Shown piece by piece: positions 28,501-36,927 of a stretch of 39,167 nucleotides of DNA (positions within the stretch are counted from its first letter, which is position 1; each line of letters starts with the position of its first letter). Made by a program: the position numbers and the translations under genes. The DNA comes from Euryarchaeota archaeon UBA136 (GTDB lineage: Archaea > Thermoplasmatota > Poseidoniia > MGIII > CG-Epi1), in assembly GCA_002506485.1 (NCBI GenBank), contig DAXQ01000068.1, positions 1 through 39,167 on the forward strand. Direction: 5' to 3'. The notes beneath the pieces are model-generated. The model worked only from the letters and a program-made list of their open reading frames with translations, ran no database searches and had not been told where the DNA came from.

Positions 28501-29241
28501 TCCTGAAAGTGGCTCTCCTTCACCCCTGATCTTAGAAAAGTTACTGCCAGTTCCGGAACCGAACTTGAAAAGACGAGCCTCACGCGTCCAAAGGTCCATT
28601 ATACCACCCTGATTTACCAGATCATCAGATACGGATTGGATAAAACAGGCATGAGGTTGAGGATGCTCATAGGCATTGACCGACTTTTCCAGTTCCTCCG
28701 TTTCAGGATTGATAAAATAATGTCCTTGGGCCGGACCTTCAATTCCATAGGCCCAATTCAAACCGGTGTTGAACCATTGTGGAGAATTTGGAGAAACCAT
28801 TTGGAAAGCCAACATATAACACATCTCATCATAGTAAGAACGAGCGTCCTTCTCACTGGCAAAATAGCCATATTTCCATCCCCAGTAAGTCCAGGTCCCT
28901 GCCAAACGACGGAACGTCTGTTTTCCATCTATTTCCTCACCTAGACTCGTAGATTTGGAATCTGGAACACTCTTTTGGAGCCAGATAGGGACATCAAGCT
29001 CCTTGATCTTTTTCAATTTTTTAGGTACACCTGCCTTACGCAAGTATTTCTGAGCAAGGACATTGGCTGCAACCTGACTGTAATTGTCAGGCAGATTAAC
29101 ATCTTTCATAGAGAAAGCTGTAGAACCATCAAAGTTCCGAATCTCAACATCTCTCTTCTCCCACTTTAACTTCTGGAACGGATCCTTACCGGTCTTTGTA
29201 AATTTGCGGTCTATTTTTAGTCCATTTACCTTAGCTGGCAA
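25579..29241 (-). CDS. nrdJ: Class II (adenosylcobalamin-dependent) ribonucleotide reductase, long form
   Basis: [36 protein letters not shown] (thiyl Cys), IAPTGTI, ISKTIN, YRDGSK, a TSCPD-like region and C-terminal [16 protein letters not shown]. No ATP-cone or intein seen. TTG start. Confidence 0.97.
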   Translation of the reverse strand: MPAKVNGLKIDRKFTKTGKDPFQKLKWEKRDVEIRNFDGSTAFSMKDVNLPDNYSQVAANVLAQKYLRKAGVPKKLKKIKELDVPIWLQKSVPDSKSTSLGEEIDGKQTFRRLAGTWTYWGWKYGYFASEKDARSYYDEMCYMLAFQMVSPNSPQWFNTGLNWAYGIEGPAQGHYFINPETEELEKSVNAYEHPQPHACFIQSVSDDLVNQGGIMDLWTREARLFKFGSGTGSNFSKIRGEGEPLSGGGMSSGLMSFLRIGDRAAGAIKSGGTTRRAAKMVCLDMDHPDIENFINWKLTEEEKVAALVAGSQHLQNHGNEILAAIQAHPDDGSRFDQSVNKSLAKSINSALKAYVPDNLIARVLDLGEQGYTHIEIDTYNTSWEGDAYATVSGQNSNNSVRVSNDFMQAVIGESDWNLYWRTELEDAESEGRDPKPSKTLPANKLWDSIARAAWSCADPGLQYDTTINEWHTCLPDGKINGSNPCSEYMFLDDTACNLASLNLVKFYDDESTQFKTEEYSHAIRLWTVTLEISVLMAQFPSKEIAQRSYDYRTLGLGYANIGSLLMRMGIPYDDNRASAICGALTSVLGGISYATSAEMASIKGPFPRYEHNKENMQRVIRNHRRAAYTTPDEDYEGLTVKPRGIDPNYCPEYLLSAARDSWDLAVDLGEENGFRNAQSTVIAPTGTIGIVMDCDTTGIEPDFALVKFKTLAGGGMLRIINQSVPLALNRLGYDVSQSKEIVDYVIGFGTFEGSPEINRESLKRKGLTPEVIDSIESQIDRFTSLSLLITPSLVGHDFCKQKLRVEDPHLEELDFSLLSHLGFTKEQIEAANDYIFGRLTIEGAPHIKEKDLAVFDCANKCGKYGKRFISWNAHINMMAAAQPFISGAISKTINMPHESTIEDIKQAYMDSWRSMIKANALYRDGSKLSQPLMSGTVLKVDVQEDELMAEGLMSTEQAVEVMAEALPIPDAKPLAHKVVTRYIAQRRRLPNRRGGYIQKAKIGGHNVYLHTGEYVDGTLGEIFIDMHKEGAAFKALTNAFAIAVSLGLQHGVPLTEFVDAFIFNRFEPNGPVIGNDRIKMATSIIDYIFRDLAVSYLNREDLAHVKPEDLQPDIVRSDGEAETEQNLSSGLSPAGNATDGHEIQLTLDDMDSAMADTSISQTNIPELATAPTISGDDSTVKEAEKFGFVGDPCPECGQFTLVANGSCLKCVNCGATTGCS

Positions 29242-29245
29242 TCAA

Positions 29246-29263
29246 GCCACCCCCAAGGGTGGC
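29246..29263 (-). promoter_or_regulatory. GC-rich hairpin enclosing the nrdJ ribosome-binding site
   Basis: On the minus strand GCCACCC-TTGG-GGGTGGC forms a perfect 7-bp stem ending 4 nt before the TTG start. The GGGGTG SD-like element lies in its loop and 3' arm. Confidence 0.55.
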
Positions 29264-29510
29264 GAAAAGGGTCACAAATCAAGAATATATGATTTAATTT
29301 CACGGTTTGCCGCTATTGAGGTACTACATAATAAGCGTTGCATACTATCAGAAAAAAATACTACTTTCCATTTTTGTAGTTAGTACCACCCTAAAAAAGT
29401 CAAAAAAATGGTAGAACCTGCCAAAAATGGGGTGCTGGTTCCACTACATTAAACAATAAAAATAGATAATATACTAATTCGCTAATTAACGTAATAACTG
29501 GATTTTAGAT

Positions 29511-30320
29511 TTATCGACTGCCTATGGTCTCCCGCCAATCCAAACCAACCGTGCGGCGACCGATTTTACACACCGGTGGAAAGACACGTTTATGAATCGA
29601 AAGTTTGATTAAATTGTCGACCCTTTCTACTGACTCTGGACCAATGCCAGTTTTAGAGGATATCCTTTTAAAGGATAATTGCCTTTCCAGACCCAATAAT
29701 ATTTGATCTAAAGTGGCATAGTCAATTCCTAATTCATCCTCATCTGTTTGACCTTCCCACAACTCTGCCGTAGGCTTTCTATCCAATATTCTCTTGGGAA
29801 TACCCAAATCTTTGGCGAGGAGATAAACCTGTGATTTGTACAGGTCTCCCATAGGCAAAAAATCCGATGCTCCATCACCCCATTTGGTATAATATCCAAC
29901 CAGAAGTTCGGATTTGTTGGAAGTGCCCATAACCAAGCAACCTGAGTGAAAAGCTTCACCATACAGAAACGTCATCCGGACTCGTGAATGCAAATTGCCC
30001 TCAGATGCCTTGGATGAAAAGGAGGCTGTTGTGGCCTTGAATGACTCAACTACAGATGAAATATTCAGTTCCTTAATCTCAACATTCAAGGATTCAGCAT
30101 GACTGGATGCCAATTCAACCGATTCAGTGTGAATGAATGGCATAATCAATCCTGTGACGTTCTCACTTCCCAGAGCTGAAACTGCCAAGGCAAGAGTGGT
30201 AGCTGAATCCACACCTCCGGATATCCCAATCACAACACCTGTGACTCCAGCCTCTTTAACTCTGGTCTGGATAAATTTTCCAATTATCTTCTGTGTATCT
30301 AGAAGCAGTTTCACGTCCAC
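29511..30320 (-). CDS. nadE: NAD+ synthetase, single synthetase domain
   Basis: GISGGVDS, GN..SR.RM..LY, GTSNKSE..GY.TK.GDG..D, KPTAELWEGQTDE.ELG..Y..LD and HKR. Confidence 0.96.
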   Translation of the reverse strand: MDVKLLLDTQKIIGKFIQTRVKEAGVTGVVIGISGGVDSATTLALAVSALGSENVTGLIMPFIHTESVELASSHAESLNVEIKELNISSVVESFKATTASFSSKASEGNLHSRVRMTFLYGEAFHSGCLVMGTSNKSELLVGYYTKWGDGASDFLPMGDLYKSQVYLLAKDLGIPKRILDRKPTAELWEGQTDEDELGIDYATLDQILLGLERQLSFKRISSKTGIGPESVERVDNLIKLSIHKRVFPPVCKIGRRTVGLDWRETIGSR

Positions 30321-30348
30321 TTCAGCAAGTGGGCCTTATTGAAATTTA

Positions 30349-30356
30349 GTTATAAC
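30349..30356. promoter_or_regulatory. Palindromic TATA-like element between nadE and the nitrilase gene
   Basis: GTTATAAC is self-complementary and lies about 26 nt from the ATG at 30378 and about 33 nt from the GTG at 30320. Confidence 0.45.
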
Positions 30357-30377
30357 ATCTATTATTAATGGGTCTAA

Positions 30378-31175
30378 ATGGGTTCCATGCATTTAGCAAT
30401 GGGTCAGGCTCCTGTTGTTCTTGGAGATATCGAGAAAAATCTGGAGATAATGGAGGGGCTAATCTGTGAAGCACAAAGAGACGGTGAACAGGATATAGAT
30501 CTCATCGCCTTTCCTGAGCTTTTCATAACCGGATACAATCTACGGGATAATTACAATGATGTCGCCGAGAAAATACCTGGTAAGGGAAAAGCCCAAACTG
30601 AAATGTGTAGACTGGCTAAGGAATACGGCATACATATCACGACAGGAATTGTGGAGAAAGCCGGGAAATCACTATTCAATTCTGCGATTCTGATTGGACC
30701 AGAAGGCTATATTGGGCACTATCGCAAGCAATTCTTGCCTAATTTTGGTCCATTTGAAGAGAAGTTATTCTTTGGAGAAGGAGACAATACACCAGTTTTT
30801 GAAACTCCTTTCGGAAAAATTGGAATTCAGATCTGTTATGATATATTCTTTCCGGAGACGTCCATGGGTCTAGCTCATAATGGAGCTGATTTAATCATTA
30901 ATCTATCAGCGAGTCCAACTACTTCAAGGCCTTTGTTCCACAGGGTACTCCCTGCCAGAGCGATAGAAACGACCTGTTTCTATGCTTATGTCAACAACGT
31001 TGGGACTCAGGGAAGCCTGACATTTGCGGGAGAGTCCACAATTGTTGACCCTAGAGGGAAAACTATGGCTGAGATTCCTGCTTTCGAGGAAGGCGTTATC
31101 GTTTGCGAGATTCCCATTGAAGAACTTGGTTCATACCGGGATGCCAGACCAATCCTAAGAGATTCCAAAAAGTAA
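30378..31175 (+). CDS. Carbon-nitrogen hydrolase (nitrilase superfamily), probable glutaminase partner of NadE
   Basis: Glu-Lys-Cys triad in FPEL..TGY, YRK..LPNFGPFEEK and ICYD; also SASP. Confidence 0.85.
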   Translation: MGSMHLAMGQAPVVLGDIEKNLEIMEGLICEAQRDGEQDIDLIAFPELFITGYNLRDNYNDVAEKIPGKGKAQTEMCRLAKEYGIHITTGIVEKAGKSLFNSAILIGPEGYIGHYRKQFLPNFGPFEEKLFFGEGDNTPVFETPFGKIGIQICYDIFFPETSMGLAHNGADLIINLSASPTTSRPLFHRVLPARAIETTCFYAYVNNVGTQGSLTFAGESTIVDPRGKTMAEIPAFEEGVIVCEIPIEELGSYRDARPILRDSKK

Positions 31176-31208
31176 GGGCTTATTATCAAGGCTCACTCGG
31201 ACCACTCC

Positions 31209-32468
31209 ATGTTTGATGTGGCTGTAATTGGACAAGGACCTGCTGGAGGAATGGCAGCCCTGCGTTTAGCTGAAGCTGGACATTCAGTTGTAGCCTTCGA
31301 TCGTAAAAAGAGAGTTGGAGATCCTATCCATTGTGGTGAAGGTCTAGGTAAAATAGCTCTGGAACATACCAATTATCCTGTAGGAGACTGGGCAATAAGG
31401 GAAGTAAAAGGTAATCGGATCAGGATGCCTAATGGAAAAGCCGTTGGATTGATGTCCCCTGGGTATTCCATACATCGCTGGGGTCTGGATAGCAAGATCT
31501 CGGATGATGCCGTAGCTGCCGGTACTGAAAGGCATGAAGGGATTAAAATATCAAAAGTAACCAAGGAAAATGGTCACTGGGGCCTCTTCGCAAAGGATGG
31601 AGAAGTAGCAAAAGCCAGACAATTGGTAATTGCTGAAGGCAGAATTCCTAATATTGTAAAGCAGGTTGGCCTGAAAGGCAATGATAAATTACGCCTTTTA
31701 CCAGGCCTCCAATACAAATTCAAGACGTGTGACGTTGATTTTCCAGATAACGATTATTTTGATTTCTACATTGATCCGATGTATGCTGATGGTTACGTCT
31801 GGGTATTCCCTCGAGACGGCATCTTCAATGTAGGGATTGTGGCTACTAATGGTGCCAAGAGTGGTCTAGAATATTTCTGTAGAGAACAGATGAATGTTGA
31901 CCCTGAGAAGAGAATCCTGAACGATCTAGGAGACAAGCAGAATGGTGGACTTATTCCGAGAGACGGGCCAATCCCTCAATTTTCTACCAAGGACGCTTAC
32001 GTTGTCGGTGATTCTGCAGGCCTGACAAACCCGATAACTAAAGGTGGCGTTCACGTCGGGATGTTGTCTGGTGAATACGCTGCAATCGCTATCGGCAATG
32101 AATTGGGAAGTGGAAAGCTGGTACCGCCGTCACATGCAATTAATCACCATGAATTGAGGGGACAGTACTGGGAAAACTGTGGAGAGGCGCTACATCCTGA
32201 TTTAGAATCACACGTGTGGTATGATCGAATCCTGAAAAGACAGCCCTGGACCAAACAGAAATTTGTCGACCAATCCAAATTAATCTATTCTCTGGACAAG
32301 AGAGTTCTGAACTTGATAGGTGAGATATATAACGGTAGAAACTATTCTGATCTACCATGGTTAAAGATGTTTGCAGTATTGATCAAGAATCCGGACCTAG
32401 CACCTTTGGCCGGAAAACTTTTGAAGATCAAAGCTAGCCTGAAAATTACCGAAACCTATGGTTGGTAA
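31209..32468 (+). CDS. Geranylgeranyl reductase family FAD oxidoreductase
   Basis: DV.VIG.GPAG, P..CGEG, GY.W.FP and VGDSAG..NPIT.GG. Confidence 0.88.
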   Translation: MFDVAVIGQGPAGGMAALRLAEAGHSVVAFDRKKRVGDPIHCGEGLGKIALEHTNYPVGDWAIREVKGNRIRMPNGKAVGLMSPGYSIHRWGLDSKISDDAVAAGTERHEGIKISKVTKENGHWGLFAKDGEVAKARQLVIAEGRIPNIVKQVGLKGNDKLRLLPGLQYKFKTCDVDFPDNDYFDFYIDPMYADGYVWVFPRDGIFNVGIVATNGAKSGLEYFCREQMNVDPEKRILNDLGDKQNGGLIPRDGPIPQFSTKDAYVVGDSAGLTNPITKGGVHVGMLSGEYAAIAIGNELGSGKLVPPSHAINHHELRGQYWENCGEALHPDLESHVWYDRILKRQPWTKQKFVDQSKLIYSLDKRVLNLIGEIYNGRNYSDLPWLKMFAVLIKNPDLAPLAGKLLKIKASLKITETYGW

Positions 32469-33103
32469 CTAATCATAACCGAGGTCTGGTCCGGATCGTA
32501 TTTTCCATTCCCAAAGACTTCCAATTCAAAGAACTCGTCCAATTTAATGGATTGACCTGCACAAATCCCTTCGTAGAATCCCTTCGGAACCGGATATGTT
32601 TGAAACTTGTAGGATGAATCAGTGTAGATATTCGCCCCTATCCAAAGGCAACCTTCTTTGTTCAGAGATTTAATTATTCTATCAATAATGGACCTCTGCT
32701 TATCTACTGTAAAGCATCCAATGACACCATACATTATGACCAGATCGAATTTGTCCCTGGTGTTTTCCAGATATTGAATAATGTCTTCACGGAAGAAATT
32801 ACCGTTCTTCATCTTCTTACGGCATTGATAGAGATTCAAACGACTCAAGTCGACACCATATGGGACTGCACCTTTCTCCCTCTGTAGAAAATCCAGCATT
32901 GTACCTGTTCCACATCCCAAATCCAGAACATTCTTCCCCTTCAAATCAAGAGAACCGCGGGAAACTGTTTCCTTGACCATATGCTCAAGATCCGAGGTAT
33001 TGAGCTTCAACCAGACTGCACCGTTACCTGTTATCAGATTGCGAATGGAATAAATATTCATCAGGAAACGAATATGGAGATAATTTTTGATTCGAGTGTA
33101 CAT
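32456..33103 (-). CDS. Class I SAM-dependent methyltransferase
   Basis: VLDLGCGTG, GVDLS, FDLVI and L..EG.L. Its start overlaps the upstream stop (TAATG). Confidence 0.85.
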   Translation of the reverse strand: MYTRIKNYLHIRFLMNIYSIRNLITGNGAVWLKLNTSDLEHMVKETVSRGSLDLKGKNVLDLGCGTGTMLDFLQREKGAVPYGVDLSRLNLYQCRKKMKNGNFFREDIIQYLENTRDKFDLVIMYGVIGCFTVDKQRSIIDRIIKSLNKEGCLWIGANIYTDSSYKFQTYPVPKGFYEGICAGQSIKLDEFFELEVFGNGKYDPDQTSVMISYQP

Positions 33104-33930
33104 TACAATACAAACTCCATGCCCTCAGTTCCGACTTCCCATCCCATTTCATTAACCTGTTGATACTGTTCCGAATCAGGATAATGAAGAGGATTGGTAT
33201 GATTGAGGTGAATAAAAACTATTCGTGGATCACCATCCTCACGGTTACCCAGTAATTCAAGCGATTGGGAAACTGGAGGATGAGGAACATTCGTCTGAAC
33301 ACGATTCTTAAGTTCATGGTCATCCCAGAAGGTCCCATCCAGGAGAACTATGTCTGCATCCAGAGACTGGAACCAGTCCCTAGGGTTATCGTGTTCTAAA
33401 GAGGAAAGGGTGGCTCTCCAAGTATCATGATCTGGCAAGAACAGGAGATTGTTGCTTATGCCCCTGAAGAATAGTGCATGTGTATCAAAATCTCTAGCCC
33501 TGTGAGGAACCTCAATAGAAATTACGGCGTCTGAAGCGAAACTGGCCGAAGAAAAATTTCCACGGTCAAACAATTTCTGCCAGGTTGGATGGTTTTTCAC
33601 GTAGTTGAGAACTGAATCTGAACAATGAAGTCTGACATTCTTCAAATTGATTGATTCTCTACCAAACTGGCCTAATCCTTCGATATGGCCAAGGTGGGCA
33701 TGGGTCAACCATATATCTGAGATATCAGGATTGCCGACCATTGCCAGTTGGTCTCCAATACAGCGAGTCGTCTCAACTATACCAAAATTATTCCCGTGCA
33801 GCCCAAGCGAAACAGGCATTCTGGCAAGACTTCTGTCTTTACGTGCATCATCACAACAATTATCTGTGCATCCAAACTGAGGTCGACCTGCATCCTGTGC
33901 ATTGCCTAGCAGTGTTATTTTGTTGTACAT
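33103..33930 (-). CDS. PqqB-like metallo-beta-lactamase-fold protein
   Basis: LLG.AQDAG.PQ.GC...CC, LTHAH.GH..GL, VPHR, LDGTFW..EL, PHP and FIHLNHTNP. Start set at the ATG at 33930. Confidence 0.85.
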   Translation of the reverse strand: MYNKITLLGNAQDAGRPQFGCTDNCCDDARKDRSLARMPVSLGLHGNNFGIVETTRCIGDQLAMVGNPDISDIWLTHAHLGHIEGLGQFGRESINLKNVRLHCSDSVLNYVKNHPTWQKLFDRGNFSSASFASDAVISIEVPHRARDFDTHALFFRGISNNLLFLPDHDTWRATLSSLEHDNPRDWFQSLDADIVLLDGTFWDDHELKNRVQTNVPHPPVSQSLELLGNREDGDPRIVFIHLNHTNPLHYPDSEQYQQVNEMGWEVGTEGMEFVL

Positions 33931-34574
33931 CTTTGAAGCTCTTTTCTTAGCCATTCACGGGGAAGTGCTCGCCCCAGACCCTCTTCTGTACGCTCAGGGT
34001 GCCACTGGACAGCAAACCATGGCAATGATTTGTGTTTTACAGCCTCGATCATTCCATCCGAGCTCTTGGAAAGAACTTCGAGGTCTCTTCCTAATTCCCT
34101 AACACCTTGATGGTGATGACTAGTGACCTCAAACTCAGAACCTTCCATCTCAGTCCAATGTGCAATATCTCCCACGGGAGGCTCACCTCCTTCACCATCC
34201 CTATGTAGGCTCCCGTCAAAACCGCCTTGGCTGACATCAGGCCACAAGGTTCCTCCCAGAAATACGTTCATTACTTGCAGTCCACGGCAGATTGCCAGAA
34301 CTGGCATCCTGCATTCGTATGCTTTTTCAAGGAGTTGCTTTTCCAATTCATCCCGTTCCTCCTTGACACCTCCAATTGGTAGAGTATCTGCTTGATTTCC
34401 ATAAGCCCCGCTCTTGATTCCCATATCTCCTCCTCCAGACAAGACCAGAACATCAAAATTATCCAAATCGTCAGCAGAAGTTATGCGCTGAGGAGTTCCC
34501 TCGGCTTCCGAGATAAACTTGGCATAACGTTCAAAATATCTGTCTTCGGACAGTGTCAACGCCGTTGATTTCAT
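33915..34574 (-). CDS. Gamma-glutamyl hydrolase family (peptidase C26, PuuD-like class I glutamine amidotransferase)
   Basis: LSGG.D, RD..E..L, P.LAICRG.Q..NV..GGTL, S.HHQ.V..LG and AVQWHPE. Confidence 0.9.
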   Translation of the reverse strand: MKSTALTLSEDRYFERYAKFISEAEGTPQRITSADDLDNFDVLVLSGGGDMGIKSGAYGNQADTLPIGGVKEERDELEKQLLEKAYECRMPVLAICRGLQVMNVFLGGTLWPDVSQGGFDGSLHRDGEGGEPPVGDIAHWTEMEGSEFEVTSHHHQGVRELGRDLEVLSKSSDGMIEAVKHKSLPWFAVQWHPERTEEGLGRALPREWLRKELQRCTTK

Positions 34575-34626
34575 CCTATTAATACAGAATAAGACATGCT
34601 ACTTTAGCCTCACGCTAAGATGATAA

Positions 34627-35775
34627 ATGCAACCATTCATAACCCATCTATCAAAGATGAATAAGTGGACGAACTTGTCATATGCAAATGTAGCAACGAC
34701 ATCTCCTAAAGCGCATTTGATAGCCTCTGAATGGTCTGAATCTTTAGCGCGTGGAGGTGCTGCTGAATTCGATGCAGACGCGGAAAAGGAGGGGATGATG
34801 CCTCTTCGAAAAGCTGCGGCAACACTTTTGGGATGCTCAAGTTCAGACGTATGTGTAGGCTCAAGCGCAACCGAACTGCTAGGCTCATTAGCATGGGCAA
34901 TAGCACCAAAAAAAGGCAATATTGTTTCTACAAGGGCATCTTTTCCGTCTACCGTATACCCTTGGCAAAGAGTTGCAGATGAATTCGGTTCAGAAATAAG
35001 ACTCGCACCTTGTGACGGAAATTATTACACCAATCCTGATAATATTCTGAATTTAATCGATGATGATACCAAAGTAGTAACTCTCTCACATGTAGAATAT
35101 GCATGTGGTCAACGTTATGATCTGAAAACTTTTGCTAAGGCAGCTCATGATGTCGGAGCATTACTGATTATCGATGCTACGCAATCAATGGGTATGGTTC
35201 CAATAGATGCACAAGGATCCGGTGCAGATGCCATCGTTTCCTCAGGATACAAGTGGCTCAGGGGAACTTATGGTGCGGCTGTTGGCTACATTTCCCCAAC
35301 CATTCAATCACTTTCTCCAGGATTACTTGGTTTTCGCAGTCACAAAGATATTTGGGATATAAAAGCAGATCGCCTAGAATTTCCTGATGATGCCAGTCGC
35401 TTTGAATTCACGACTATCCATTTCGGTGCTGTACTAGGACTCGCAGCGTCAATTGAGGAAATAACCAATATTGGAATTCAGAAAGTCTGGGAACATGATG
35501 TTGAATTAACCAATATGTTGATCGAGGGGGTCACAGAGATCGGTCTCGAGATAGTCTCACCTACTAATGATGACGAGCGTAGCGCAATAATCAGTCTCAA
35601 AATTCCTGCTGATTTTAACACTGGCGAGGTGGTAAAGCAATTACAGGACGAATATGGAATTCTGGTTACAAATCGTTCTGGTTTTCTTCGCGTCTCTCCT
35701 CATATTGATAACACTCCAGAACAAATCACTTTTTTCCTTGAATCCCTACGTGAAATCCTGAATTATAACAAGTAA
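34627..35775 (+). CDS. PLP-dependent class V aminotransferase-fold enzyme (lyase/epimerase-like)
   Basis: FPS..YPW, SHV.Y..G.R, DATQS.G, SSGYKWL.G (PLP lysine), RFE and LRVSPH..NT. No catalytic-Cys loop of cysteine desulfurases. Confidence 0.85.
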   Translation: MQPFITHLSKMNKWTNLSYANVATTSPKAHLIASEWSESLARGGAAEFDADAEKEGMMPLRKAAATLLGCSSSDVCVGSSATELLGSLAWAIAPKKGNIVSTRASFPSTVYPWQRVADEFGSEIRLAPCDGNYYTNPDNILNLIDDDTKVVTLSHVEYACGQRYDLKTFAKAAHDVGALLIIDATQSMGMVPIDAQGSGADAIVSSGYKWLRGTYGAAVGYISPTIQSLSPGLLGFRSHKDIWDIKADRLEFPDDASRFEFTTIHFGAVLGLAASIEEITNIGIQKVWEHDVELTNMLIEGVTEIGLEIVSPTNDDERSAIISLKIPADFNTGEVVKQLQDEYGILVTNRSGFLRVSPHIDNTPEQITFFLESLREILNYNK

Positions 35776-36374
35776 GGGAACATAAGAATTCCAGCCACGG
35801 TAAACATTACTCCCGCAACGAATAGATCAATAATTTTCCATGATTCAGGATTATTCAATATTGGAGAAAGGCGTTTGGCCCCATATCCTAATGAAAAGAA
35901 AAACACGAAAGATGCGGTAGCTGCACCTATTCCAAACATTAGTTTCTCGTCACCAACATAGCTGCTGGATGCACCGCCAATGAGTAGCAGAGTGTCCACG
36001 TACACATGTGGATTGAGATAAGTGAATGCCAGACCTGCCAGGATCGTCGGCCAAAGGTCCTTGGATTCACCTTCACCGACTTCCATTCCCTTAGGGTCCA
36101 GTGCTGATCTAATTCTCAAACATCCATAGAATATCAGAAACAGTGCTGCACCTACTGACATCCAGATTGCCAATTCCTCTATTTCCGAAATAAATAGTCC
36201 AACACCCAAAACCCCTGCAGCAATTAACAAAGCATCGGAAATAGAGCATATCAAACAAGCAGCAAAAACATGTGATCGCAGTAAGCCTTGCCTCATTACA
36301 AAAACATTCTGTGGGCCAAGAGCTAGAATTAGTGAAATACTAATAAGAAAACCAGAAATAAAGGCTAATTCCAA
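35763..36374 (-). CDS. LysE/ArgO-family amino-acid exporter
   Basis: SLILA.GPQN.FV.RQG, SDA.LI..G, YG.L, TYLNPHVYVDT..LIG and W...D. TTG start. Confidence 0.92.
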   Translation of the reverse strand: MELAFISGFLISISLILALGPQNVFVMRQGLLRSHVFAACLICSISDALLIAAGVLGVGLFISEIEELAIWMSVGAALFLIFYGCLRIRSALDPKGMEVGEGESKDLWPTILAGLAFTYLNPHVYVDTLLLIGGASSSYVGDEKLMFGIGAATASFVFFFSLGYGAKRLSPILNNPESWKIIDLFVAGVMFTVAGILMFPYLL

Positions 36375-36379
36375 GATAT

Positions 36380-36496
36380 TTAGTCTGATTCCTCAGACTC
36401 ATCAAAATCCATGGGCACCCATTTTTCCTGTCCGGTTTCGGGGTCTTTGATCATCTTGACGGCCTTGCCCTTGATGAAAGCCTTGAAATCCACCAT
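36380..36496 (-). CDS. Small unannotated ORF (38 aa) upstream of the LysE exporter
   Basis: Hand translation MVDFKAFIKGKAVKMIKDPETGQEKWVPMDFDESEESD. It fills the gap, has a TATA-like CTAATATA about 20 nt upstream, and stops 5 nt before the lysE start. Confidence 0.6.
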   Translation of the reverse strand: MVDFKAFIKGKAVKMIKDPETGQEKWVPMDFDESEESD

Positions 36497-36564
36497 ATTG
36501 TTGCATTGAAAGCGGTATATTAGCTTTAATGGTAAACTAAAAAAGGTGCGCGAGGTAGGCCCCT

Positions 36565-36858
36565 ATGGAATTGGAAAATATCCCTGAAAATGCGGAGATA
36601 TATGATGAGACCGAAGAATACCTTATCATTGACAACCAGCAGATGATGCCCATGATAGTCTGGAAGGACAAGGATGTTATCAGGGACCTGAAAGTAAGTA
36701 GAACAATGAAAAAGGCAATCCAGAATGTTGGTGAAAAGAAATACGGCCGTGGTAACTTCTTCATAGACCGCTTTCCAGAAGGTGACGAAATATATCTTAC
36801 TTGGTACTGCAAACCTAATGTTAGAGAGGATTTCGTCAATCATAATCCACACGGTTGA
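36565..36858 (+). CDS. Hypothetical protein (97 aa)
   Basis: ATG with a GAGGT RBS and a plausible soluble composition. Preferred over the two antisense ORFs. Confidence 0.65.
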   Translation: MELENIPENAEIYDETEEYLIIDNQQMMPMIVWKDKDVIRDLKVSRTMKKAIQNVGEKKYGRGNFFIDRFPEGDEIYLTWYCKPNVREDFVNHNPHG

Positions 36859-36927
36859 TTTTATCACAGTACAAGTTTCACCAAATGAATATTTTCTAAC
36901 AAATTCTCTAATTAAGACCCTTCCGCT

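Noticed and set aside
25579-29241. Possible intein in the 1220-aa NrdJ
   Set aside because: No intein splice motifs (C/S start, HN-C end) or LAGLIDADG blocks are seen. The length fits long-form class II RNR with TSCPD and Zn-ribbon regions.
29242-29510. Cobalamin riboswitch, NrdR boxes or replication origin upstream of nrdJ
   Set aside because: No recognisable B12-box or riboswitch core, a poor match to the NrdR consensus, and no ORB repeats or adjacent cdc6. Left as an unexplained region.
13572-30380. GGGTCTAA immediately before the ATG of both pheT and the nitrilase gene
   Set aside because: Only two short copies in front of unrelated genes, compatible with chance.
34627-35775. Cysteine desulfurase (SufS/IscS) call
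   Set aside because: It lacks the RxGxHC or SSGSAC catalytic-cysteine loop; the region reads NRSGFLRVSPH.
36380-36496. Small peptide as a PqqA-like precursor for the PqqB-like enzyme
   Set aside because: It has no Tyr and no ExxxY motif, and no pqqC/D/E lies nearby.
36526-36867. Two minus-strand ORFs (113 and 100 aa)
   Set aside because: They are antisense to the better-supported plus-strand ORF with an RBS, and their hydrophobic bias is typical of shadow frames.
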